A stretch of DNA of 64,000 nucleotides from positions 102,911 through 166,910 of the forward strand of contig JAZNKB010000006.1 in the NCBI GenBank assembly GCA_045578345.1. Direction: 5' to 3'. This stretch comes from Candidatus Onthoplasma sp. GTDB lineage: Bacteria > Bacillota > Clostridia > Christensenellales > UBA1242. The notes under the pieces were generated by a model. It was not told the DNA's origin, searched no databases, and saw nothing but the letters and a program-made list of their open reading frames with translations. Both the position numbers and the translations under genes were made by a program. Positions 47,152 to 53,901 of this stretch are shown piece after piece. Within the stretch, counting starts at the first letter, position 1. Each line of letters starts with the position of its first letter.

Positions 47152-47335
47152 TGTGGACAAAAATGGAGCGGTGAAAAAGTTTATATTCATATCTTTGCGC
47201 AAAACTCTTCTTTTGCGCAAAGAATAATCGATTTTGAGAAAAAATCCTGTGGATATCGCTTCATTTGTCCACATTCTTGATTTTATTTGCTATATATTTT
47301 TATAATTCGACATCAAACCTACAATATTGTCCACA
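47152..47335. promoter_or_regulatory. cluster of four DnaA-box-like 9-mers
   Basis: TGTGGACAA 47152-47160, TGTGGATAT 47248-47256, TTGTCCACA 47265-47273, TTGTCCACA 47327-47335. Each is one mismatch from TTATCCACA. Confidence 0.55.
47192..47223. repeat. perfect 13-6-13 inverted repeat (candidate recombinase core site or operator)
   Basis: TCTTTGCGCAAAA CTCTTC TTTTGCGCAAAGA. Confidence 0.9.
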
Positions 47336-47362
47336 ACTATAATTTTACCTATTTTTCTTATT

Positions 47363-47889
47363 CTAAATCTGCGCTCACACGCATTTTGATTATTTTAAAT
47401 GAGTATTCTATCATTTAGTTTTATAATTTTTTTGTTTAACAAATATTGTAAAAAATCAAATTTAGTTTTGTATAATTTAAATGAACAATTTATCGTTTAA
47501 ATTTGTGTGAATGCGTCTCACAGCAGATTTCAAATTATTCATTAGATTTTTTTGATTTTAAATTCAAAGATTTGTAACACATCAAAATTTTATAAAATTT
47601 CAAATGAGGAATTGTTCATCTAAAAATTTTCCAATGCGTCTCAGCGCATTTTAGAATTTGATAATTTTTTTAAATTTTTCAAATGACATATCATTCATTT
47701 ATTTTAATAAGAATTCGTCTGAGAACGTTTCTAAAAAATAAGATATATCATATGTTTTTAGTTTTTTTGAAAGTTTAATTCTAAATGATGAATCCGTCAT
47801 CTTTTTTATTCAAAATCGCTCTGAGAGCATTTTTGCAAATGAACAATTCCTCATCTATTTTTAAGTCATTTTGTCTCAGCGCATTTTAA
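47363..47889. repeat. six copies of a 53-bp bipartite module (one inverted)
   Basis: Copies at 47363-47416 (inverted), 47479-47531, 47602-47654, 47681-47733, 47783-47835 and 47837-47889. Pattern: AAATGA-N8-TCATYT, 10-11 nt, AATGCGTCTCAGCGCATTTT-like hairpin. Confidence 0.85.
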
Positions 47890-48044
47890 GTTAATTGAAA
47901 AATTATGCTTAATTTTACATATTTATAATTTCCTTATCAAATTATTATCCTTTTGTTGTGATATAAGTTATTCAAATTAAAATTATGAAATTATATATGG
48001 ATTTGTAATATATAGTCGTATATCTGCTCATTTAAAAGAATTTA

Positions 48045-48067
48045 CATCTTTGCGTAAAAAACCAAAT
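48045..48067. repeat. left copy of a 22/23-bp inverted repeat
   Basis: CATCTTTGCGTAAAAAACCAAAT; its reverse complement, one A shorter, is at 51828-51849. Confidence 0.9.
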
Positions 48068-48121
48068 TCATATTATCATTCTAAACAAAGCCACAGAATC
48101 TCTCTTTAGTTTTAAGTTATA

Positions 48122-48154
48122 CAAAAAAATCCAACATTGTTGTGTTGGACTTTT
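48122..48154. terminator. bidirectional terminator-like hairpin
   Basis: A7, TCCAACA/TGTTGGA stem, CT5. Confidence 0.6.
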
Positions 48155-48182
48155 TATTTTCTAATTAGAATGCAATAGAAAT

Positions 48183-48211
48183 AAAACTCCAACTATTTTA
48201 GTTGGAGTTTT
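48183..48211. terminator. terminator hairpin after the 251-aa minus-strand gene
   Basis: 12-bp stem AAAACTCCAACT/AGTTGGAGTTTT. Confidence 0.75.
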
Positions 48212-48214
48212 ATT

Positions 48215-48970
48215 CTAATTATCAAATGTTTCACCCTTAAATTCTTCATTGAATTCTTGGCAATTTTTAAGTGCTTGCTTCATATAATCAATACTTTGCT
48301 CTGCCCTTTTGCCTGATTCCGTTATGGTTTTATTATCAGCATTTTCTTGCAACATTTCTTGTTCTTGCTTTAATTGGTTTAGCCTACGCATAAGTAAATT
48401 TTCTTCACTTTTTAACAATTCAGCAACATATTCTTGAGTATATTTAGATGTTTGTTCTTCACCGGTATTTTCTTTTTCTCTTTCTTTAATTAATTCTAAT
48501 TCAGAAAGTAAATTTGTTTTTTTAGTTTCATTTTCACTGATTTCTTCTTTAATTTCAACTTCCCTTTCTACTAAATCATCAAGATAAGATTTGTTTGATT
48601 GTTCGTATAATTTAACAAGTTTATCAAGATCTTTTAATCTTCTAGATTTCTTTAATTCCTTCCACTCTTTTCTTGTTAGTCCTAAACTTTTTAAAGATGG
48701 TTCCATTGTATATATCATCCCACCTAATAACAATCCTGTGGAAGCTCCCAAAATTGTTGTTACTGGTAAATATTGAATAAAGCTTGTTGCTAATGGATAT
48801 GCTAAAGCCAAAGGAACTATAAGACCCATAAATGGTGCCATAATTGATATAAACCAAAAGTTAAATTTCGCCCTTTTTTTCCTTAGTAAAGAATAAATAT
48901 AATCTACCTCATCTTTATTTAATTCATGTGCTTGCTTATTATATAAAACATTTCTAGTTTCTTGTGTCAT
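48215..48970 (-). CDS. membrane protein with long C-terminal coiled coil (251 aa)
   Basis: GGAGAAG RBS before ATG 48970 (MTQETRNV). Two TM segments, then a Glu/Lys-rich heptad-like region. Confidence 0.55.
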   Translation of the reverse strand: MTQETRNVLYNKQAHELNKDEVDYIYSLLRKKRAKFNFWFISIMAPFMGLIVPLALAYPLATSFIQYLPVTTILGASTGLLLGGMIYTMEPSLKSLGLTRKEWKELKKSRRLKDLDKLVKLYEQSNKSYLDDLVEREVEIKEEISENETKKTNLLSELELIKEREKENTGEEQTSKYTQEYVAELLKSEENLLMRRLNQLKQEQEMLQENADNKTITESGKRAEQSIDYMKQALKNCQEFNEEFKGETFDN

Positions 48971-48991
48971 ATTTTCTTCTCCGTTAAGCGA

Positions 48992-49020
48992 ATAATAGCA
49001 TACAATTGCTATTTTGTCAA
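48992..49020 (-). promoter_or_regulatory. sigma-A promoter for the 251-aa gene
   Basis: On the minus strand: TTGACA, 17 nt, TGc-TATTAT. Confidence 0.55.
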
Positions 49021-49051
49021 TAAAAAAGGTAATCAAAAAATTTAATTACCT
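49021..49051 (-). terminator. serS terminator
   Basis: AGGTAAT/ATTACCT stem with a U-run on the minus strand. Confidence 0.65.
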
Positions 49052-49060
49052 ATTTTAACA

Positions 49061-50347
49061 CTACTTCTTGGGTAATATTTTAGTTTTTCCACCCATATAT
49101 GGTTGTAACACCTTTGGAATATTGATAGAGCCATCAGGGTTATAGTTATTTTCTAAAAGTGCAATTAATCCACGAGGGCTTGCCAAAACTGTGTTATTTA
49201 AAGTGTGAGGATAGTATGTTCCATTCTCCCCTTTCACTCTAATTCCAAGACGACGTGATTGAGCGTCACCCAATGTTGAACAAGAACCAACTTCAAAGAA
49301 TTTTTGTTGACGTGGGCTCCAAGCTTCAATGTCACAAGATTTAACCTTCAAATCAGCCAAATCACCTGTGCAACAATCAAGCTGACGAACTGGTATATCT
49401 AAATTTCTGAACACTTCAACTGTGTATTGCCACATTTTATTGTACCAATCCATGCTATCTTCAGGTTTACAAAGAACAATCATTTCTTGTTTTTCAAATT
49501 GATGGACTCTGTAAATTCCTCTTTCTTCCAAGCCATGAGCACCACCTTCTTTTCTAAAGCAAGGGCTATAAGATGTTAATCTAATTGGAAGTTCAGTTTC
49601 TTTAATCATTTGGTCTTTAAATCTTCCAATCATTGAGTGTTCACTTGTTCCAATAAGATATAAGTCTTCACCTTCAATTTTATACATCATCGCATCCATT
49701 TCGGCAAAGCTCATAACACCTGTTACGACATCACTTCTAATCATAAATGGTGGAATTGCGTAAATAAAACCTTTTTCAATCATATAGTCTCTTGCATAGG
49801 CAATCATTGCTTCGTGAATTCTTGCTGCATCACCTAGCAAATAATAGAAACCTGCACCACTTGTTCTTCCTGCACTGTCTTTATCTAAACCGTTAATTCT
49901 TTCTAAAATGTCAGCATTATATGGAATTTCATATTTTGGCACAATAGCTTCACCAAAACGCTGAACTTCCACGTTTTCACTATCATCACGGCCTACAGGA
50001 ACACTGTCATCAACAATGTTAGGAATTGTCATCATAATTTGTTTGATTTTTGCTTCTAATTCTTCAACTTGTTTTTCAATTTCAGAAATACGTTCATTGT
50101 TTGCAACAACTTGAGCTTTAATAAGCTGAGCTTCATCAATTTTCTTTTCTTTCATTAAGGCACCAACTTGGTTAGAAAGAGTTTTTCTCATTGCACGCAA
50201 ATCATCACCTTCTTGCTTAATTAAACGCACTTGTTTATCTAATTCAAAAACCTCATCAACCAAAGGTAATTTATTGTCTTGGAATTTCTTTTTAATGTTT
50301 TCTTTAACCAACTCTCTGTTAGTTCTAATTAAATTAATATCTATCAT
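49061..50347 (-). CDS. serS: serine--tRNA ligase
   Basis: N-terminal coiled-coil arm; class II core (FRKEGGAHG.., GSCSTLGDAQSRRLGIR). Confidence 0.96.
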   Translation of the reverse strand: MIDINLIRTNRELVKENIKKKFQDNKLPLVDEVFELDKQVRLIKQEGDDLRAMRKTLSNQVGALMKEKKIDEAQLIKAQVVANNERISEIEKQVEELEAKIKQIMMTIPNIVDDSVPVGRDDSENVEVQRFGEAIVPKYEIPYNADILERINGLDKDSAGRTSGAGFYYLLGDAARIHEAMIAYARDYMIEKGFIYAIPPFMIRSDVVTGVMSFAEMDAMMYKIEGEDLYLIGTSEHSMIGRFKDQMIKETELPIRLTSYSPCFRKEGGAHGLEERGIYRVHQFEKQEMIVLCKPEDSMDWYNKMWQYTVEVFRNLDIPVRQLDCCTGDLADLKVKSCDIEAWSPRQQKFFEVGSCSTLGDAQSRRLGIRVKGENGTYYPHTLNNTVLASPRGLIALLENNYNPDGSINIPKVLQPYMGGKTKILPKK

Positions 50348-50357
50348 AATTTTCTCC

Positions 50358-50678
50358 TTATATTTCTTTTTCTTCTAAGCCTTCAAGATATATTCTATCT
50401 TTAAAAGCACCACGTTTTTTAACTTTTTCAAGTCTTATACTTTCAAATTCTTCGTACGACACGCCTTTACAATCTAATATTGCCCTCAAAACCTCTTCTA
50501 AATCAGCAAGTTCTTCAATTTCGCCACTTTCTAAATATTCTGCCAATTCTTCTTGAATTTTCATATTTAATTCAACAAGATATTCATCATCATTTAATTT
50601 TCTTGTTATACAGGATCGCCCTTCATTTTGTTCAATAATTTGCGGAATTTTATCTCTAACTAACTTATGATAACTCAT
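50358..50678 (-). CDS. MazG-like / PRA-PH-like nucleoside triphosphate pyrophosphohydrolase (106 aa)
   Basis: KLVRDKIPQII...EELAEYLE...EELADLEEVL...KKRGAF pattern. Confidence 0.7.
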   Translation of the reverse strand: MSYHKLVRDKIPQIIEQNEGRSCITRKLNDDEYLVELNMKIQEELAEYLESGEIEELADLEEVLRAILDCKGVSYEEFESIRLEKVKKRGAFKDRIYLEGLEEKEI

Positions 50679-51054
50679 TTTTTCCTCCTATAGTTTTGTA
50701 CTCATCTTTATCAGATTCCCATTGTCTCCATTGAGATTTCTCAAACTTTTTAATTGCATCTTTAAGATTTAATGCTTCTATAACCTTTGTCCATAAATGT
50801 GTGCTTATTTGAATTTCAGAAAAGGACTTATTTACCAAAATCACTTCGTTAACTTTTTCTGACAAATAACTTCCTTTATAAATACAATAAGCAATCAAAT
50901 TGGTATCTAAATATTTTTCACTTGAATAATACCCGCAAAAATATCCTTCTGCTGTGGTTTCACACTGTGAAAATAAGCCAACATAATATTCACCTTCTTT
51001 TAAAGGTTTTAGTCCATTAAGAGTTTGTTTTATTTGATTAACATAGAATTTCAT
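50665..51054 (-). CDS. hypothetical protein (129 aa)
   Basis: AAGGAGA RBS. First ORF after the T-box terminator. No family recognised. Confidence 0.5.
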   Translation of the reverse strand: MKFYVNQIKQTLNGLKPLKEGEYYVGLFSQCETTAEGYFCGYYSSEKYLDTNLIAYCIYKGSYLSEKVNEVILVNKSFSEIQISTHLWTKVIEALNLKDAIKKFEKSQWRQWESDKDEYKTIGGKNELS

Positions 51055-51061
51055 ATTTCTC

Positions 51062-51322
51062 CTTAAATAAAAAAAACACCTCTAAAAATTAATTTAGAGG
51101 TGATATTTAACCACTGTGCCACTCTATTTGAACATCTATATATTGTGTAATATATAAACATCCCACTCATTATGTTGCAAATTGTGCCATGCAATCGGCT
51201 CTGCATTACCAGATATCTCAAGAGGTAGACGCACAATGATTCAACAATTTGCTTTCACCAACCGCAAACTCTCTGATGCTTTCAACAATGTGCTAGTCTC
51301 TTTACAAACGATATATTTAACT
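51062..51322 (-). promoter_or_regulatory. T-box riboswitch leader, serine-specific
   Basis: On the minus strand: AGAGAG, distal-loop GGTTGGTGAAAG, GAA-UCA (UCU also nearby), T-box-like AAATAGAGTGGCACAGTGG. Terminator is CACCTCTAAA/TTTAGAGGTG plus U8 (51068-51102). Confidence 0.8.
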
Positions 51323-51328
51323 ATTTAA

Positions 51329-51357
51329 ATTTTAACAAATATTTTTCTTAATGTCAA
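51329..51357 (-). promoter_or_regulatory. promoter of the T-box operon
   Basis: On the minus strand: TTGACA, 17 nt, TAAAAT. Confidence 0.55.
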
Positions 51358-51380
51358 TAATTTTTTTTAATTTTGTTAAT

Positions 51381-51740
51381 TTAATATTCTGAATTTTGAA
51401 TTTGCAAAACTTCTGCGTTAGTTAAATCTTCAAAAGTTTCATAAGAAACCAATTCTTCTTTTGTTGACACGTCGTGCAAATTATAAGTTATATTTGATTC
51501 TTTATCACTTTTGATTCTAAGGAACAATTCATTCCCACTCAAATATTCCTCAATTTCTTTATTAAGGTCTGAAACATCAATTCCTAAGTATTTCATGAAA
51601 GTTTCAAAACTTGAATTTGCATACATATTTTCGCTAACAGCATTTCCATTTTCATCAATTTTGCCAATTTCAACGTAAACTTTTCCATTTTCCTTAATAT
51701 ATACATCTATATAATCATTCATAAATAATCTTATTGTCAT
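51381..51740 (-). CDS. hypothetical acidic protein (119 aa)
   Basis: AAAGGAGAAG RBS; own promoter; no family recognised. Confidence 0.5.
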   Translation of the reverse strand: MTIRLFMNDYIDVYIKENGKVYVEIGKIDENGNAVSENMYANSSFETFMKYLGIDVSDLNKEIEEYLSGNELFLRIKSDKESNITYNLHDVSTKEELVSYETFEDLTNAEVLQIQNSEY

Positions 51741-51768
51741 ATCTTCTCCTTTATTCCAATTGGTTGGT

Positions 51769-51796
51769 ATTATAACACAAAAATGTAATTTGTCAA
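51769..51796 (-). promoter_or_regulatory. sigma-A promoter (extended -10)
   Basis: On the minus strand: TTGACA, 16 nt, TGt-TATAAT. Confidence 0.55.
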
Positions 51797-51827
51797 TACC
51801 AAATATTTTTAAGTTAGTGCTTGAAAC

Positions 51828-51849
51828 ATTTGGTTTTTACGCAAAGATG
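51828..51849. repeat. right copy of the 22/23-bp inverted repeat
   Basis: ATTTGGTTTTTACGCAAAGATG; overlaps the -35 and spacer of the recombinase promoter. Confidence 0.9.
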
Positions 51850-51858
51850 AGTTATAAT
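51830..51858 (+). promoter_or_regulatory. promoter of the tyrosine recombinase gene
   Basis: TTGGTT 51830-51835, 17 nt, TATAAT 51853-51858. Confidence 0.55.
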
Positions 51859-51886
51859 TATCATAAGATAAATTTTCGGGGGTTTT

Positions 51887-52927
51887 ATGAGCAACAATTA
51901 TTATTTAGATAGAAATCGTAAGAACATGAGAAAACTTAATGAGATGCTTGCTGAATTGCCACCATTTTGCAGTGTGTTTTTCATTGGAATTCAAGACACA
52001 ACAACTCCGTTAACCCGATTAAATTATGCTGTTGATTTGAAGTTGTTCTTCAATTATTTGGTGACATATGAAACTCAATTTTTCAATCGTCAAATTCAGT
52101 CAATAACTATTGCTGATATTGACGAAATTGACTCCCAACTTATTGAAAGATTTATGGCTTATATTGCATATTACGATAAAGATGATGGCACTGTTTTAAC
52201 TAATGGCGAACGTGGAAAATTGCGCAAATTATCAAGTTTGAGAGCATTTTTTAAATATTTTTTCTGTAAGGATATGCTTAGAGCTAATGTTGCAAGCAAA
52301 GTTCGGTCTCCTAAACTTCACGAAAAACCAATTATTCGATTGGAAGAAAGTGAAACTGCAGAACTGATGTATTCATGCGACACACTATCTGGTTTTAGTG
52401 AACATCAAAAGAAGTATAATGAAAACTTTAAAACACGTGACAATGCTATTATTTCCCTATTTTTAACAACAGGGATACGTGTTAGTGAATGCGTTGGGCT
52501 CAATGTTGATGATATCAATTTCAACCTTAATTCGTTTAGAGTTACAAGAAAAGGAGGAAATCAAGTTATTCTATACTTTGGTGAAGAAACTGCTGAAATT
52601 TTAAAAAATTATCTTCTCTATCGCGACACACTTCAAATTCCAAAAGAAGAACAAGCTTTATTTATTTCAAGCCAAAAGAAACGCATGTCCGTTCGTTCAA
52701 TGGAATATTTGGTGAAAAAATATGCACGTGTGGCAACTCCACTTAAAAAAATTACACCACACAAACTTCGCTCCACTTATGGCACAAACCTTTATCGCGA
52801 AACCAAGGACATTTATATTGTTGCAGAGGTTTTAGGACATAAGGATGTTAACACAACAAAAAAACACTATGCAGCAATAACTGATGATGTAAGACGTTCT
52901 GTTGCAGGTGTTGTTAAATTGAAATAG
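51887..52927 (+). CDS. tyrosine recombinase, Xer family, long form (346 aa, XerS-like layout)
   Basis: Catalytic signature TGIRVSE (Arg), TRKGGN (Lys), HKLRST (HxxR), LGHKDVNTTKKHY (His..Tyr). Confidence 0.85.
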   Translation: MSNNYYLDRNRKNMRKLNEMLAELPPFCSVFFIGIQDTTTPLTRLNYAVDLKLFFNYLVTYETQFFNRQIQSITIADIDEIDSQLIERFMAYIAYYDKDDGTVLTNGERGKLRKLSSLRAFFKYFFCKDMLRANVASKVRSPKLHEKPIIRLEESETAELMYSCDTLSGFSEHQKKYNENFKTRDNAIISLFLTTGIRVSECVGLNVDDINFNLNSFRVTRKGGNQVILYFGEETAEILKNYLLYRDTLQIPKEEQALFISSQKKRMSVRSMEYLVKKYARVATPLKKITPHKLRSTYGTNLYRETKDIYIVAEVLGHKDVNTTKKHYAAITDDVRRSVAGVVKLK

Positions 52928-53071
52928 ATATAGTTGTTTCAACTATTGAAATACCATATATATTGTTAATAATTATTTAGTTTGAAATAAAATTATATGA
53001 TTATTAACTTTTTTTAAAAATAATTTACACCAAAATTTTTTAGCTATAAAATAAATAATTTTAAAATTTAT

Positions 53072-53085
53072 CGAACAAATGTTTG
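53072..53085 (+). promoter_or_regulatory. LexA (Cheo) box
   Basis: CGAACAAATGTTTG versus consensus CGAACATATGTTCG; overlaps the -35 of the lexA promoter. Confidence 0.7.
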
Positions 53086-53111
53086 ACAATCTTATACTTT
53101 TGTGTTATTCT
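53083..53111 (+). promoter_or_regulatory. lexA promoter
   Basis: TTGACA 53083-53088, 17 nt, TGt-TATTCT 53106-53111. Confidence 0.55.
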
Positions 53112-53155
53112 TTTTTTGATAATTGAGCAAAATTGCCAAAATTTTAGGAGAAAGC

Positions 53156-53743
53156 ATGGATAAAACTCAAGAAGTTTATGAATTTATTGAAGAATACATT
53201 TTTAAGAACAATTACCCACCAACAATAAGAGAAATTGGTGAAAGATTAAAACTTGACTCAACATCAAGTGTTGTTTATCACCTTAAAAAACTTGAAAATA
53301 TGGGTAAAATTACGCGTGGCGAAAATAAAAATCGTGCCATTGAATTAGCGGATAAACCAATGGTCAGCAGTGTCTCTCTTCCCGTAGTTGGCACAATTGC
53401 TGCAGGTCAACCAATCCTAGCAGAAGAAAATTGGACTGACAGAATTGTTATTAACGAAAATTTCTTTATGGGATCTAATTTGTTTGTTCTTAAAATTAAA
53501 GGTGATAGCATGATTGAAGCAGGAATTTTCGATGGAGATTATGTTGTTATCTCAAAGCAATCTGTTGCAAGAAATGGTGAAATTATGGCTTGTTTAATTG
53601 ATAATGAAGCAACAGTTAAAAGATTTTATAAAGAAAATGGTTTTTTTAGACTTCAACCTGAAAACTCTTCAATGAGTCCTATATACACCGATCATGTTGA
53701 AATCTTGGGTAAGGTTGTGGGTTTAATTAGAAATCATATTTAG
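53156..53743 (+). CDS. lexA: LexA repressor
   Basis: TAGGAG RBS before ATG 53156. wHTH N-terminus; VAAGQP cleavage region; KGDSM serine and ..ATVKRF lysine. Confidence 0.93.
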   Translation: MDKTQEVYEFIEEYIFKNNYPPTIREIGERLKLDSTSSVVYHLKKLENMGKITRGENKNRAIELADKPMVSSVSLPVVGTIAAGQPILAEENWTDRIVINENFFMGSNLFVLKIKGDSMIEAGIFDGDYVVISKQSVARNGEIMACLIDNEATVKRFYKENGFFRLQPENSSMSPIYTDHVEILGKVVGLIRNHI

Positions 53744-53767
53744 AGCAATTTATTTTGCTCTTTTTTA
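53742..53767 (+). terminator. rho-independent terminator
   Basis: AGAGCAA/TTGCTCT stem plus T6. Confidence 0.75.
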
Positions 53768-53780
53768 TACTAAATTTGCA

Positions 53781-53803
53781 GTGTAAAATACAATTAATTA
53801 CAC
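53781..53803. promoter_or_regulatory. inverted repeat upstream of the PadR operon (candidate operator)
   Basis: GTGTAA-N11-TTACAC, 18 nt before the -35. Confidence 0.35.
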
Positions 53804-53820
53804 CAAAATGTAAATTTCTA

Positions 53821-53849
53821 TTGACTAGCATAAATTTTTAATGTATAAT
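53821..53849 (+). promoter_or_regulatory. sigma-A promoter
   Basis: TTGACT, 17 nt, TATAAT. Confidence 0.55.
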
Positions 53850-53901
53850 TTATTTATAAAATAAATAAAAAATGAGCGTTTTTTTGCTCAAAAGGGGTGT
53901 T

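Noticed and set aside
47305-47311. Spo0A box (TTCGACA) among the DnaA boxes
   Set aside because: It is a single 7-mer of a kind expected several times by chance in 64 kb, so it carries no weight on its own.
47363-47889. CRISPR array
   Set aside because: The repeats are degenerate rather than near-identical. Gaps between units range from 1 to about 70 nt, one unit is inverted, and no cas genes are in the window.
47911-47939. Bacillus-type dif site
   Set aside because: The reverse complement ATATGTAAAAT matches about 9 of 11 positions of the XerD arm TTATGTAAACT as I recall it. The presumptive XerC arm matches poorly (about 6 of 19 aligned positions) and is not palindromic to it.
47040-48214. 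Primary chromosomal origin (oriC)
   Set aside because: DnaA-box-like sites next to AT-rich DNA fit an origin. However, there is no dnaA/dnaN/rpmH nearby, and the flanking genes converge on the region instead of diverging from it. Kept only as one alternative under the DnaA-box finding.
51887-52927. Integrase marking a prophage, ICE or IS
   Set aside because: No phage, conjugation or transposase genes flank it. The neighbours are serS-operon genes and lexA. It looks like a chromosomal Xer-family recombinase.
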